Assembly: GCA_965112735.1 (NCBI GenBank)
Contig: OZ218950.1
Location: 1,488,001-1,552,000 of the forward strand
Source of the DNA: Phaeosaccion multiseriatum
Taxonomy: Eukaryota; Protista; Ochrophyta, other classes
Direction: 5' to 3'
Length of the DNA stretch: 64,000 nt
Shown: positions 1 to 12,200 of the stretch, piece by piece
How positions within the stretch are numbered: position 1 is the first letter of the stretch
How the letters are laid out: the number at the start of each line of letters is the position of its first letter
Position numbers and translations under genes: made by a program
Notes under the pieces: model-generated
Databases searched by the model: none
What the model was told of the DNA's origin: nothing
The model's input: the letters and a program-made list of their open reading frames with translations, nothing else

Positions 1-3000
1 GGAGGAGGAGGAGTGCGTGTATGCCACCTCTCTACTGAGCGGCGAGCCATGGCGACAGAAGCGCTGCACAGGGAGGTGGAGAGAGTGGGGCCCCGTACGG
101 CCCTTCCAGCTCTCAGACAGCTTCTAGCGAGGGATCGGCAAGTAGCAGCAGCTGCTGCAGCAGCAGTTGGTGATTCAGCAGCAGGGGAGGCGACAACTGG
201 TGGAACTCTAGGTCCAACTGGGGGGCCGTCCACTTCTGCATCTGCCTCTGCTGCGAGTGGCTCTGTCTCTGCCTCCCGCTTTAGGGGCTGTGGGTGGCTC
301 CGAGGAGAGGCGGGTACACTAATGTCGAGGCTTGTTCTCCGGCCGGGGGGCGTGGAGGCCACGTTGCATCTGTTCTTGGGAGGCATGGGTGAAGTCGAAA
401 ACACGCAGGCGATTGACAAAGTGGCAGGTCTGCTGGCGGCGGCTCCGAAGGGCATAGGTGAGGAGGGAAGAGAGAGGAGGAGGGCACGTCTAATGGGAGT
501 GTTAGAGAGGCTCATAGAGAGAAGAGAGTGGGTGGGTGCGGTGTCTATTGCATGACACGTCCTACGTCTTCCTGCCCTTCCCTGTCTATGCAGGTAAGGA
601 CGAGTATGTGGCGGCGGTTGCCCCCCAGCTTCTTCAGCTTGTGCGCTACGAGGGCCCGAAGGTTAGAGACTCAGTGGACCTCCACCCTCCTTTGGAGATC
701 AGCTTTCACTCAGACTCTCGCAAACACACTCACCCACCTACCTACCTGCCTACCTACCTACCTACGTACCTACTAATATACCCATCCTCACGCCCTCTCC
801 CTGTGATGCTACTACGTTCTGTTACATGTGCACCAACGAGCAGGGCGTGGTAGTGGCCCGTGTGGTGGCGTTGGTGGTGGGGAAACTCTCCGAGAGCATG
901 ACCGCCAGCTGTGAGGACCTCGTCCTTCGGCCCTTACTCGCCCCCTTCAGCGCCATCGTGCCATCAGCAGCAGCAGCACCAGCAGTTGGTGATACTGCAG
1001 CAGGAGCAGTTGGTGATACCCCTGTATCGTCAAGAGGTGCGGAGACCACTCAACGTCTAGGCTCGGATACCCGTCGATCGCAGGGTTCATCAAGCGACTG
1101 CTCCTGGCGCCAAGTCTCTTCGGAAGAAGAGGTGGCCACTTGTATGGCGTGTGTGGAGAAGCTCTTGCTCTCCGGTCCACCCCACGCGGCGTTGATCGAC
1201 TCGTTGTGCCGAGTGGGGCTCGTAGGGGTCTTGTTCCGTCTCTACTGCTTTTGCGCCCTTGACTTTAAGCTCTGCAATCTTCTCTCTTCCTGCCGGGCGC
1301 TCCTGACCTATCTCCTGACGCACCGCACAGAGCAGGCGTGTCAAGGGGTGGTAGAGTGTTTGGAGACCGTGGCAGGGAGGGGCAGGGGTAGCGTAGGCAG
1401 CAGCGGCAGCAGAGGCAGCAGTGGCAGCAGCGGAAACGGGGGCGGAGGCGGAGGCGGCGCCTCAGAGGCTAGGAATGGTGACCATCGCTTCGCTCCTGGG
1501 GGAACGGGGGGTGCAGTTGTGCAGGTGCGGATCAGCAGCAGCAGCAGTAGTGGTGGTAGTAGTAATAGTAGTAGTAGCCACAGCAACCTCTTCTCTTCGG
1601 CGAGCAGCAGGCCGGGCGAGGAGGAAGGCACTGACGCGATAGGAGGTATCTTGGGGGAATTACTGGGGGCGCAGATGGGGCTCGGATTGGGCTTGGAGGG
1701 AGCAGGATTGGGAAGGGAGGTGGAGGAAGAGGTGGGGCGGTTGCTGGCTGCTCGAGTCGGCTCTATGCAGGCAGCGGAGCAGCGAGCGACAGCAGTGGCG
1801 GATCTGCTGGCAGGGCTTCCCGAGGACTGCGTTGCGGCGGGAAATGTATTCGCCAGCCTGTTGGAGAGATACTTGGTGCTCAAGCAGCAGGAGGAGAACC
1901 AACAGCAACGGTTAATACAGCAGGAGGAAGCAGAGACCGACAGGGCGGCTGTGGGATCGGAAATAGTGGCGGTGATGGTGGCCGTAATGGCGGAGAAGAT
2001 CGGGCCTGCCGTACTGCGAAGCGGCCTCCAAGTACTGCAAGTGGTCAAGTCTGTCTTGCAACACGAGGCAGCTAAGCATGAGGCAGCAGCGGCAGCAGCA
2101 GCAGCAGTAGCAAGAACAGCAGTTGGTGATACCGGGGAGGGGGAGGCCGACGAAGCAGAATGGTATGCGGGGGGTGACGACGCAGAGGACGGCGACGAGG
2201 AGGAGGAGGAGGAGGAGGACGACGACGACGAGGAGGAGGAAGCGAGCGTGTTTGGCCTCGGCAGCGGCTCTGGAGGACTGTGCGAGGTGTGCCTGGGAAT
2301 GCTCTCCACCGTATTGGATATGGGGGAGGAGCAGCGCCCACCGGAGGAGGAAGCCGAGATCAGGGCGATGATCCTTCCGCTCCAGCAGTTGGCCCAGGCA
2401 GCAAGTAGCCATAGCAGCAGCAGCGGTAGTAGTTGGAGTAGTAGTAGTGGGGGAGGGGGAGGGGGGGGCGCGGATTGGGGGCCGCGGAGGCGAAAGAGGC
2501 GGAGAAAGGACGCAGCTGTGGTGGCAGAGCTTGCGTCGGCGCTGCTCCCAGCCATTTTGTGCAGGGGACTGTCGCTGAAGGAGAGGAGAGAGGGGAGGGA
2601 GGCACTGGCGAGTGTGAGTGCGATGCATAACACGACGAGCAGTGAGATGCGCGGTGGGACGGGAAAGAAGGGAAGGGGAAGTGACGGGGGTGGTAAGGAG
2701 GGGGCTGATGTTGGTGATCGGTCGTCGTCGTCTTTGAGCCTGGCAAAGAGGATGGAGAAGGTGCTGGTCACTGTAGAGGGAGACCTCGCTTCTGAGTTGC
2801 CGCCCTTGAGAGCCAGGGGCGTGGTGACCTTAACCCGGCTGCTCAAAGAATTAGTGATTGGAGGACTGGAGCGGCAGGGGCACCAGCAAGAGGAGAGCGA
2901 AAGCAGGAGGAGGAAGGTGATGGTGATGGAGGTGAATGCAAGCAGCGAAAACGACAAGACTGAGGGCAGCGACGAGAAGGAGAACACGGACTTACTGGAT

Positions 3001-3745
3001 GACGCCTTGGTGCTCCGCTTGGTGGATATTTATGCGGCGATGACCCTCGACAAGGAGAGCTATGTTTACCTTGCTGCGATTCAGGGCCTTGCCACACTCG
3101 CGGAGGCCATGCCTGCCTTTGCGCTCCCCGAAATTGTACGCTTGTTTGTCGGAGGAGGGACAGGAGCAGGAGGAGGAGGAGGGAGGGAAGAGGAAGGGGC
3201 GGCGACGAAAGCAGGGATGGGTCTGGAGCAGCGACTGAAGCTCGGCGAAGCGTTGGCCTGCGCAGCGCGGAGATGTGGGGATGCGATGCCCAAGTACGCC
3301 CACTTGTTCGTAGGGGCCTTTGTGCGAGGCGCGAGGGAGAGGGTGGGGATGGCAGAGGATGGTACCGAAGCTGACACTGAGGAAACGCAAAGGGCGTTGG
3401 CAGAGCTGCGGGTGCCGCCTACGATACGGCAACTTCAGGAGCAGCGGCAGCAGCAGGAAGACCAGGAGGAGGACGAGGAGGACGGGGGGGGGGGGGTGGA
3501 GGAGGGGGGAGAGCAGGAGGGAGAGAAAGGGAGCAAGGAGAAGGGAAGCGCCTCCTCGTCGTCGTCGCCAGCCCTGGTGCTGCATCTGCGAGAGCGTATC
3601 GGTTTCCGCGCGTCGTGTTTGTCCAACCTAGCGGAAGTGTGCGAGTTGCTGCACTGGTCACTGCGACCCTTCGCCACCGACCTCATCGACCTTGCCGTCA
3701 ACACGCTGCGCTTGGAAGTGGGATACGCCGAAGGTATCTGTGTAC

Positions 3746-3785
<40 letters not shown>

Positions 3786-4493
3786 ATGTGACGCATCTGT
3801 CCGTCGAATAATACTTAGGTGCGCATCCTTCAGCAAGCTCATTTGGCCCTTTTCTCCCTACGTCCCCGCCCTCTCTCCCTCCTCCCTCTCGTTTCCCTCC
3901 GCTGCCCTCCGTCCTTCTCCCTCTTCCCTCGCTCCCCTCCCTCCCTCCCTCCCCTCTCTTTCCCGTCCCTCCTTCTCCCCCTCCCCTGCCTCTCCTCCCT
4001 CCCTCCTCACTCTCGTTTCCCTCCCTCCCCTCCCTGGCTCCCCTCCCTCCTTCTCCCCCTCGCCTTCCTCTCCTCCCTCCCTCCCTCCGTTCCCTCTCTC
4101 CCTCCCTCCTCCCTCTCGTTTCCCTCCCTCCCCTCCCTGCCCCCCCCCCCCCCTCCTTCTCCTCCCTCGCTCCCCTCTCTTTGCCCTCCCTCCCCTCCCT
4201 GGCTCCCCTCCCTCCTTCTCCCCCTCCCCTCCCTCTCCTCCCCCTCCACAGAGGCCGTGTCCGTGCGTCGCGGTGCGGCCTATCTTCTGAGCCATGTGCT
4301 CCGTGGCAGCGGCGAAGACGTACTGACCATCCTCCAAGCCAATCTCAAGCCTGTGTATCGAGCGCTGAAGCGGGCCACACTGAGGCAACATGAGCCAGAT
4401 GCAGTGACGAGGTTTCACGCGGGGCAAGGAGTCGCGCTCCTGGACACTGTGATGCGGCGCTTGTTTGTGCAAGCGGCAGCGGCCAGGGGATGA
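1..4493 (+). CDS. TANGO6: TANGO6/Rtp1-family HEAT-repeat protein (RNA polymerase II assembly/import factor), 5'-truncated, multi-exon
   Basis: RTP1_C-type motifs: PLRARGVVTLTRLL, DKESYVYLAAIQGL, RLKLGEAL, FRASCLSNLAEVC, VSVRRGAAYLL. A GT-AG intron at 3734-4251 joins EVGYAE to EAVSVRR in frame; stop at 4491-4493. The upstream exons (about 1-530 and 594-661) are less certain. Confidence 0.8.
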
Positions 4494-5625
4494 TAGGTAG
4501 TCAAGAGGAGAGGGTGTTCTCCTGTTGTTGTTGTTGTTGTTGTTGTTGTTATTGTTGTTGCTTCTTGTTGTTGTCGTCGTCTTCTGTGAGGCTGCTGGTG
4601 AGGGAGGAAGGAAGGAAGGAAAGTAGGAAGGGGATGTGCGGAAGGAAGCAAGTCAGTGGGCAATAGTGTGGGGTGGCGCATCTGTCTCGATGGGTGTACC
4701 TAAGCTCCAACACAGACTCTCTCAACGTGTGTGAATAGGATACGGGCAGGGAGGAGGGTAAGAGAGGGAAAGAGAGACAAGTCGGCCGTGTAATGAGCTT
4801 CCCTTACCCTCTTTCTCGAACCGATGCGTCCTCCGTGCTGTCTTCTCCGGCCTCTGTCCCACTCTTATGCTCCCACTGGTGCCACACCATCGCTGTGACT
4901 CCTTTCCGCTTTCATGGGGCTTTCGAGGAAGAGGGCAGGGTGCAGGGTGCGGTTTGGAGCATAGAAAGAGGATGGACAGGGAGAGAAATAGAGAGAGCGC
5001 GTGCGAGAGAGAGAGGGGGGGGGAGCTTTCCGTATCGAGTTATGAAGACACCGAGAGAGCGAGCGGTATGAGTGCTAGTTTGTACACCACCTCTGCAAGC
5101 CCTTCTTTCCTGCACTCACACATGCCATTCCTCTTCTCCATGTCTCCCCCCCCCCCCTCTCTCTCTCTCTTCCTCCCCCTGCCTCTCTCCCTCTCATTAG
5201 AGATCCACACCCGCCATTTGGGGGGGTGCTTCAGGAGACGTGGACGGATGGGTGGAGGAGGAGCCACTGGTGACAAACTTCTCCGTACCTCACCCTCCCA
5301 CCCTCAGCTGCTCAGGCTGCCGAAGACTGGCAATGATTGCGGTCTGGTTCTGGTGGGCTGGTGTTCGACTTGTTTAAATGCCCCTCAATCTGCAATTTTC
5401 ACCACCACGATCACCCCCCTGTCCCCTCCCTTCTTGGCCCCAGCTTGGACACACATGGTGGGCGTGTGGTGATGGGTACCTGGAGAGCGAGCGAGTGGCT
5501 GAGAACGCCCACAGTGCCATCGATGCATACACACACACATATACACACTCACACGCGCGCGAAAGCAGACGCACACACACAAACACACACACACACCCAT
5601 ACACACACACACTCTCACTTGGGCG

Positions 5626-5671
<46 letters not shown>

Positions 5672-6252
5672 ATGACCGGAAGGGTGGGGACGACGGTAAT
5701 GGGGGATAGTATGGGGGCTTGCTGTACTCGTCGGCTGCCTATCAGCAGAAGAGAAGCGGAGGGGAGTACGGGAGAGGCCGGGTACTCGGAGAAGAGACGA
5801 GGTGGAGGGTGGTCGAGTCGGGATACTGCCATCCCCGGGGTGGAAGTGCCTCTACAGAGACAAGAGAGAAGAAGGTTTGCCACATTTGCGGGCAGCGCGG
5901 CGAAGCCAGCAGAGTGGTTTAGAGGACTTGTTTCTCTTATCAGACAGAGAACAGATGCAGTAGCGTCCTCTCTTCCTGGCTGGCAGCGGAGTCGAGGCGT
6001 GCAAAGACGGAACCTGTGGAAAGGGAAATCCGCACCTTTGGGAGGAGCACAGAGGAGCGGCAGGGCTTCCAACAGCGGAAACAGCAGCAGTAGGAAGGAG
6101 AAGTGCTTCTTTCCAGTCTCGTGGGGATCTTCACGGGCATGGTGGCCTCTGCTGCTGAAAAATTGCCATGGGAGGCGGAGTCAAGTGAAAATTGAACCTC
6201 GTGCCAGATCGAAAGAGGATCCTGCTAGGGGCCAAAACGCTCGCATCGCAGC

Positions 6253-9200
6253 ATGGGAAGGAAGGAGAGGCAGGGCGGGTTAAGGTTTACTGTCGGAGGT
6301 ATAGGTGGAAACAGGGATGGCGGCGGCCGCAGGGGTAAAAGTGGGGCGCGGAGTGGTGGCAGTGGCAGCGCGTCCAACAAAAAGGGAGCCAGTGCGGTGG
6401 CTTATGCAGACGCTCGCAGGGAATACCCGGCTCACGAGGAGGAGCTTAGGGCTCTGATTGATGCGCTCTCCCCGGAGGATGACGATGCTGCCGGCAAGGT
6501 GAAGGCGTGGACTGAGCAGCAGCTGGCCGGCACCTCTTCACCAGACCAGGCGCGGGCCTCTATGAAACTCTTCGTCAAGCACGTAACAGAGGTGAGGAAC
6601 GCATGTAATCAATTTACTAGTAAGCTATGGGCCTTCCTTGTTTGCACGGTGGCGCGTACCCTGTCGATAGGAGTAGCAGCGACGAGAAAGGGGATGATGA
6701 GGGAAGGAAAGGGTGGCAAAGGCAATATCTGTTTGATTGGCCAAACTCTCTTGTCGGAGTTGTGGTGGCCTCTCGTCTTCCTCGTAGACACAGGGAGGGA
6801 GAAGGAGTACGGCAGCGAGTAGTAGGGGAAATGCCCACACCTCTCCTCTCCCTATCCTTACGCCAACTTTGCTCGGCCCTTCTCCTCCTCCATCCCCCCC
6901 GTCTCTCCTCCGAAGGCTCTGGACTTTGATCCGAAGGACGTGTGGAAAACCTGCGCTCTACTCATTGCGGTGCACCGGGTTCTCAAAGAGGTGTGTGCTT
7001 TGAATGGAAGAGACAAGAGAAGGAGGGGTGGGGCGGTGGTAGTGTTGTGTTGTATGTACGCACACTTGTGTGGTCCTCCCTCCCATCTGACAAGCTTGCC
7101 GAGTGGGCTCCCGCGCTCTCTCTCTCTTGAAAGACAATCCTTACGCTGAGCTCGCGAATCGCTTTCCCCTACTGCAGATGATGCTTGCAAAACATGAACC
7201 TCACCCCATCAAGCTCATCCCTCCCCTCCCCTCCCCTCTCCTCCCCACCAATGTCATCGGGAAACAAACAAACGCACAAACACACATTCAGGTGTACATG
7301 CTAGAAGCTTCCTCTTCCTTTCAAAGGGAAGACTGGGCGAGTCTGTGTGCGACATTGCTGAAGCGAGTCGGCAAGGGAGGGCTGGACGAGGCCTCGCTCA
7401 AGAGGGCGGAAGTGGCGGTGCACTACTTCGGCAAGAAGGAAATTGTGCCCGAGAAAGACGCCAGTGATGCATTGAAGCAAGTCAAGGAGCTGTCAGCCCT
7501 CGGCGAAAAGGTGAGCTTGGGAAGTGTTGGTGAATTACTAAAAGGGTGGGGGCAAGAGCGGGACACATGTATAAGTGTGTAGAACGGACATCGAACAGGG
7601 TGGGGGCTCTTTCCCTTCCCTGGGTCCTTGGGCTCATTGATTTTTTGCTCTTTTTCTCTCTCGCCCTCCCCCCCTTACCTACGATTGCTCTGGCCAGGTT
7701 ATCCAGCAAAACGCAAGCGAGTGCGAAAAGAAGTTTCTGAGGAACAGGTCCACAAGAAAGAAGGCTAGGGAGGAGTACGCGAGAGAAAAGGAGGAGGAGG
7801 TAAGGAAAGCGGCGGAGGAGGCGAAGAAAGAGGAGGAGAAGAGCAGAAGGAAGGCCTCACATCCAGCTCTAGGCGGCACATTCCTAGCAGTAATGCGTGA
7901 TCAGCAACTCGATGGTCGGCAGCGACCAACGCGAAAGTTGAAGGTTGCAAACTTGGTGGCTGCGAATCCTCAGACACTCAAGAAGAGCACAGGGAACGGG
8001 GTTCTTCCCTCGCAGGCCGCCCGTAGACGCTCAGATTTGTGGGATACGCCTCAACAGAGCAAGAGCAGCGCAGCTTCCTCCCAAGCTGGTCATTCGGACT
8101 TCACGACCAGCAAAAGAAGGGCTGAGGCGGAGGCTGCTGTTGCTGCTGTTGCTGCTGCTGCTGCTGCTCCTACTGCCACTGCTGCGGGTCAGGCAGGCGG
8201 TGGTGCAGTTGAGCAGCAAGGGAGGCTCCTCGGGTCAGCGCTTGGCGGGGAGGGGGGGGGGGCTGGTGCTGAGGCAGCTGCAGCTGCTCCTGTTGCTGCT
8301 GCATACGTGATTGATAGGCTGCAGAGAACTAAAAAGGGGAAACACCAGGCCACCGCGAAGGAAATTGCCTTGCATGATCGAAAGAAATCCGAGAACAAAC
8401 ACAAGGGAGGGTCTGGTGCGGCAGCCGCGCCGCCTGTTTCGGCCGGAGCAGCAGCAGCAGTTCGTGATACAGCAGCAGCAGTCCTGGCACCAGCAGTAGC
8501 CGGGATGGTAGATTTACGAGGCAGAGAAGAGAAAGAGGAGAAGTTGCACAAGGCAGAGCAGGGGACGAGAGGGGAGGTTGAGCAAGGGCGTGGTGAGGCG
8601 GAAGTCAAGGCAACAGCAGTTGGTCATACAGCAGCAGCCGCAACTACTGCAGAGCGGGTCGAAGTGCCTCTTCAGGAAGAGGTGCAAGGGAACAGCGGGG
8701 CAGAAGTTGGGCCTCCACAGCAACAGAAGACGACGGAGGACAAGACGAAAGGAAACTCGGAGGCAGAGGGAGAGGGGGCGGCGAAGCCAGCGGTGAAGCC
8801 AGCGGTGAAGCCAGCGGTGCCATCAAAGGAAGGGGAGGAGGAGAAGGAGGAGGAGGAGGAGGAGGAGGAGGAGGAGGAGGAGGAGGAGGAGGAGGAGAAG
8901 AACTGCCGGGAAGCTGCCACCACCAAGGAAGAGGAGAAGAGGGAGGAGGAGGATAAGGAAAGGGAAACGGCCAAGAGGAGGTACGACGCCTTGAACAAGA
9001 AAGCCGATCGACTCCACAGAGAAGAGAGTAAGGACGATGTGGGGGAGAATGACGATGGAGAGGAGGAAGAGGGCGAGATTGGAGAGGTGGTAGATCCCCC
9101 CTTACTGCGAACGGAACTGCCTGGAGATGAGCGAAGGGGGGGCGGTAGAGACAGGGATAGACACGTGGGCAGGGAGGGGCAAAGGACAGCAGGTGGAGCG

Positions 9201-12200
9201 GGCCCCGCAGAAGGGACGAGGGGCACAAGTCGCAGTCGTCCAGGGAGATGGGGAGCGAAGGACGGCGAGGAAGACCTTCGTGAGAGGCTTAACAGTCGAA
9301 GGAAGGCGGCGAGCCTGGGCCGTTCCGAGAGGGGTGACCAGCAGCGGTTGGTGGAGCAGCAGCAGCACGTATTGGCAAAGCTAGAGCAACAACGGCAGCA
9401 GCAGGAGCAGTTGCAGCAACAGCAACGGATTGACTATAGAGAGGGTAGAGATGGGGAGAGAAAGGGACTGAGAGAGTTGGAGGGCGGCAGGGGGGGTCGG
9501 GGGGGAGAGAGGAAGGCATTCGTCGACATCAGCAGCAGCCGCATGAGGAGGAAGGGCTTGTGCATCACTGGCGAACGAAGGGGAGTGGAAGTCTGTCTTT
9601 CGATGGCGCGGACAAAAACACCCACGACCCCCTTCCACTATTGAAGAAAGTAAGCAGTGGGGTGGGGGTGGGGGTGGGGTCTCTGGCTCACACTGCCATA
9701 CCTCAGCAGGACAGCAGTAGACAGCATCCGGCGGCGGCTGCCGTAGAGGGTATGGCCAGGACTCGGCAGGGGCAGGGACAGCACCAGCACCAGCAGTTAG
9801 TGACGCGAGGCGACGAACGGGAGGCAGGACGTGTGTCTGACTCATCCCGTCATGACCGGGACAGGGCTGGCAGCAAGGATGGCGGTAGACTGGGGGCTGC
9901 TGACAAGGCGGAACAGAGTATCAAGAAGGAGAGGAGCAAAGCTGTGAGAGACGAATTCAGAAATGCTACGAAAGGAGGAGGAGGAGGAGGAGGAGGAGGA
10001 GGAGGAGGAGGTGAGGGGTCTGCGGGCGGCAGCAGCCACCACCACCTGGAGCGTGAGAGGGCACCAAATGACAGCGGTCGGGAAGGAGACAAGAAGCGGG
10101 AGGGGGGGAAAGAGGCTGCTTTGAGGGACCGGGCGGGGGGGAGGGAGGGGAGGGAGAAGGAGACTGCAGGAAGACGGAAAAGCAGCAGCAGCAGCAGCAG
10201 CAGACAGGAGACGATGTCGACGAGTGCTGCCGCCACTCCGAGAGGGGAGGGACGCCAAGGGAGAAGCCCCCCTCCCTCTTCTGGGAGGGACTATGTCGAC
10301 GAGGGTGCTTCTACTTTTTCTTCTCGTGCTTCTGCTCGTGTTCCTCCGGAGAGCAGTCGAGGAGGGCGTTGGGGGTCGGGTGACGAGGACTGGCCTGCTT
10401 CTCCTCGGTCTCCTGGTGCTGCTGCTGGTGCCCCACTGGCGAGAGGAGGGGAGAGGGACTCTCGAAAGAGAGGGCGAGATGAGGACTCACGGGGAGACGA
10501 ACGGAGAGGAGGAGGTAGAGGAGGCAGGGGATCTGGAGCAAGAGACTACAGCCGGGAGGAACGAGAGTGGGAGCGGGAAAGGGGAAGAAGAGAAGGAGAA
10601 GGAGGAGGAAGAGGAGGGGGAAGAGGGGGGGGCGAGTATGAGAGAGAAAGGGGAGAAAGGGAGTGGAACGAGAGGGGGAGAGGGGGGGAGACTCAGATGG
10701 AAGCGGGGTGGGAGAGAGAGGACCGAGGAGACTACAGGCTTGAAGAACGACGTGGAGGAGCCGTGGGGAGTGAGCGAGAGAGAGACATTGATAGAGAACG
10801 GGAGTGGAGGGATGCACCACGGCAGAAGGAGAGGGAACGAGAGAGAGAGGGGGGCAGCAGAGGCGGTGGGCGTGGCGTGGAGGACAGACAGAGGGAACGA
10901 GAGAGGGACTATCGAAGAGAAAGAAGAGGTGGCGATGGTCGCGTCAGTGGGTGGCATCATGGGGACGACGTTGGCGGTGATCGCGACAGGTACGGAGGAG
11001 GAGAGGGGGGAGGCAGGGAGGACTACAGAGAAGGAGGAGGAAGAGATGGAGAGCGGGGAAGCAGCAGAGACAGAGACGGCGGAAGAGGGGCGAGGGGCTC
11101 CCTTCATCACCGAGATCGAGATCGAGATCGAGATCGAGATCGAGATCGAGGAGGAAGAGAAACTTCTGCTCAGGAGGAGAAGAAGCGAAGGTACAACGAG
11201 GGGGAGGCAGCCGCAGCTGCAGTAGCTGCGCGGCGAAGGGGGAGGAGGAGGAAGGCAGGAGAAGGGGAGCAGGTCCGACCCCCACCAAGAAAGGTCGGAT
11301 CGGGGAGGGGGAGAGGAGTCCAGAGCGGGAGTGGGGGACACAAACGCTTCGTAGGGGCGGGGTCAGTGGGGGGCAGCAGAGTAGCGACGGAGAGGACTCC
11401 GATATGGATATGGTGATGGATACGTCCCCCCTGGGGGCGGTGGGAAGCGCGCATCAGCTGCAGTACCAGCAACAGCAGCAGCAGCAGAGGCGGGAGGAGC
11501 AATATCTGCTGCAGCAGCAGAGACAGGCTTGGCAGCAGGAGCAACACCAGCATCAACACCAGCACCAGCACCAATTGAGCAGTAACCAGCAACGTGAGCT
11601 GGAGCGCAAGGAAGCCCTCTTACAGCAGCACCTAAGAGGGGCAGGAGGAGGACGAGGAGGAGCAGTGGATACTAGACGCAGCCTTAGTCAGTTGAATCAA
11701 CAATCGGGGCCAGGGCAAGCAGCAGCAGCAGCAGCAGCAGCAGCAACCACACAGTGGGCTGATGTGGGTATCAGCCACGGTGGTGAGGAGGAGCCAGAGA
11801 ACCTCGGAGATGAGGACGCGGAACCCGAGCCGGACGACGAGCACTATCGCTTCATCAACTTTGAGGGCTGTGGGCTTATTCGAGTCGTGGCAGATGCCAT
11901 GAAGCTGAGCATTCGACACGTGCACACGGCGTTCCACCTCTTTCATCACTTTCATTGGATGGTGGTGACGGGTGCTTCTGCTGAACAAGAAGCTGAGCAA
12001 CAACAGCAGCAACAAGAGCATGGGCAGAGGGGCAGCAGCAGCAGCAGCAGCAGTCGAAGCCTCCTGGGGGCCATGCCGGAGGCCCAGCTGCCGGCTCTTT
12101 GTGTGGCTTGCTTGTTCCTGGCCGGCAAGGCGGAGGACTCTAGCCACAAACTTGATCGATATCTCGAGCGCATTGCTCGCTTTGGACCCAATCTTCCACC

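Noticed and set aside
5374-6283. Overlapping ORFs of 232-301 aa on both strands
   Set aside because: They run through (CA)n tracts, show no recognisable domain and give no consistent splice model. A small gene or UTR cannot be excluded.
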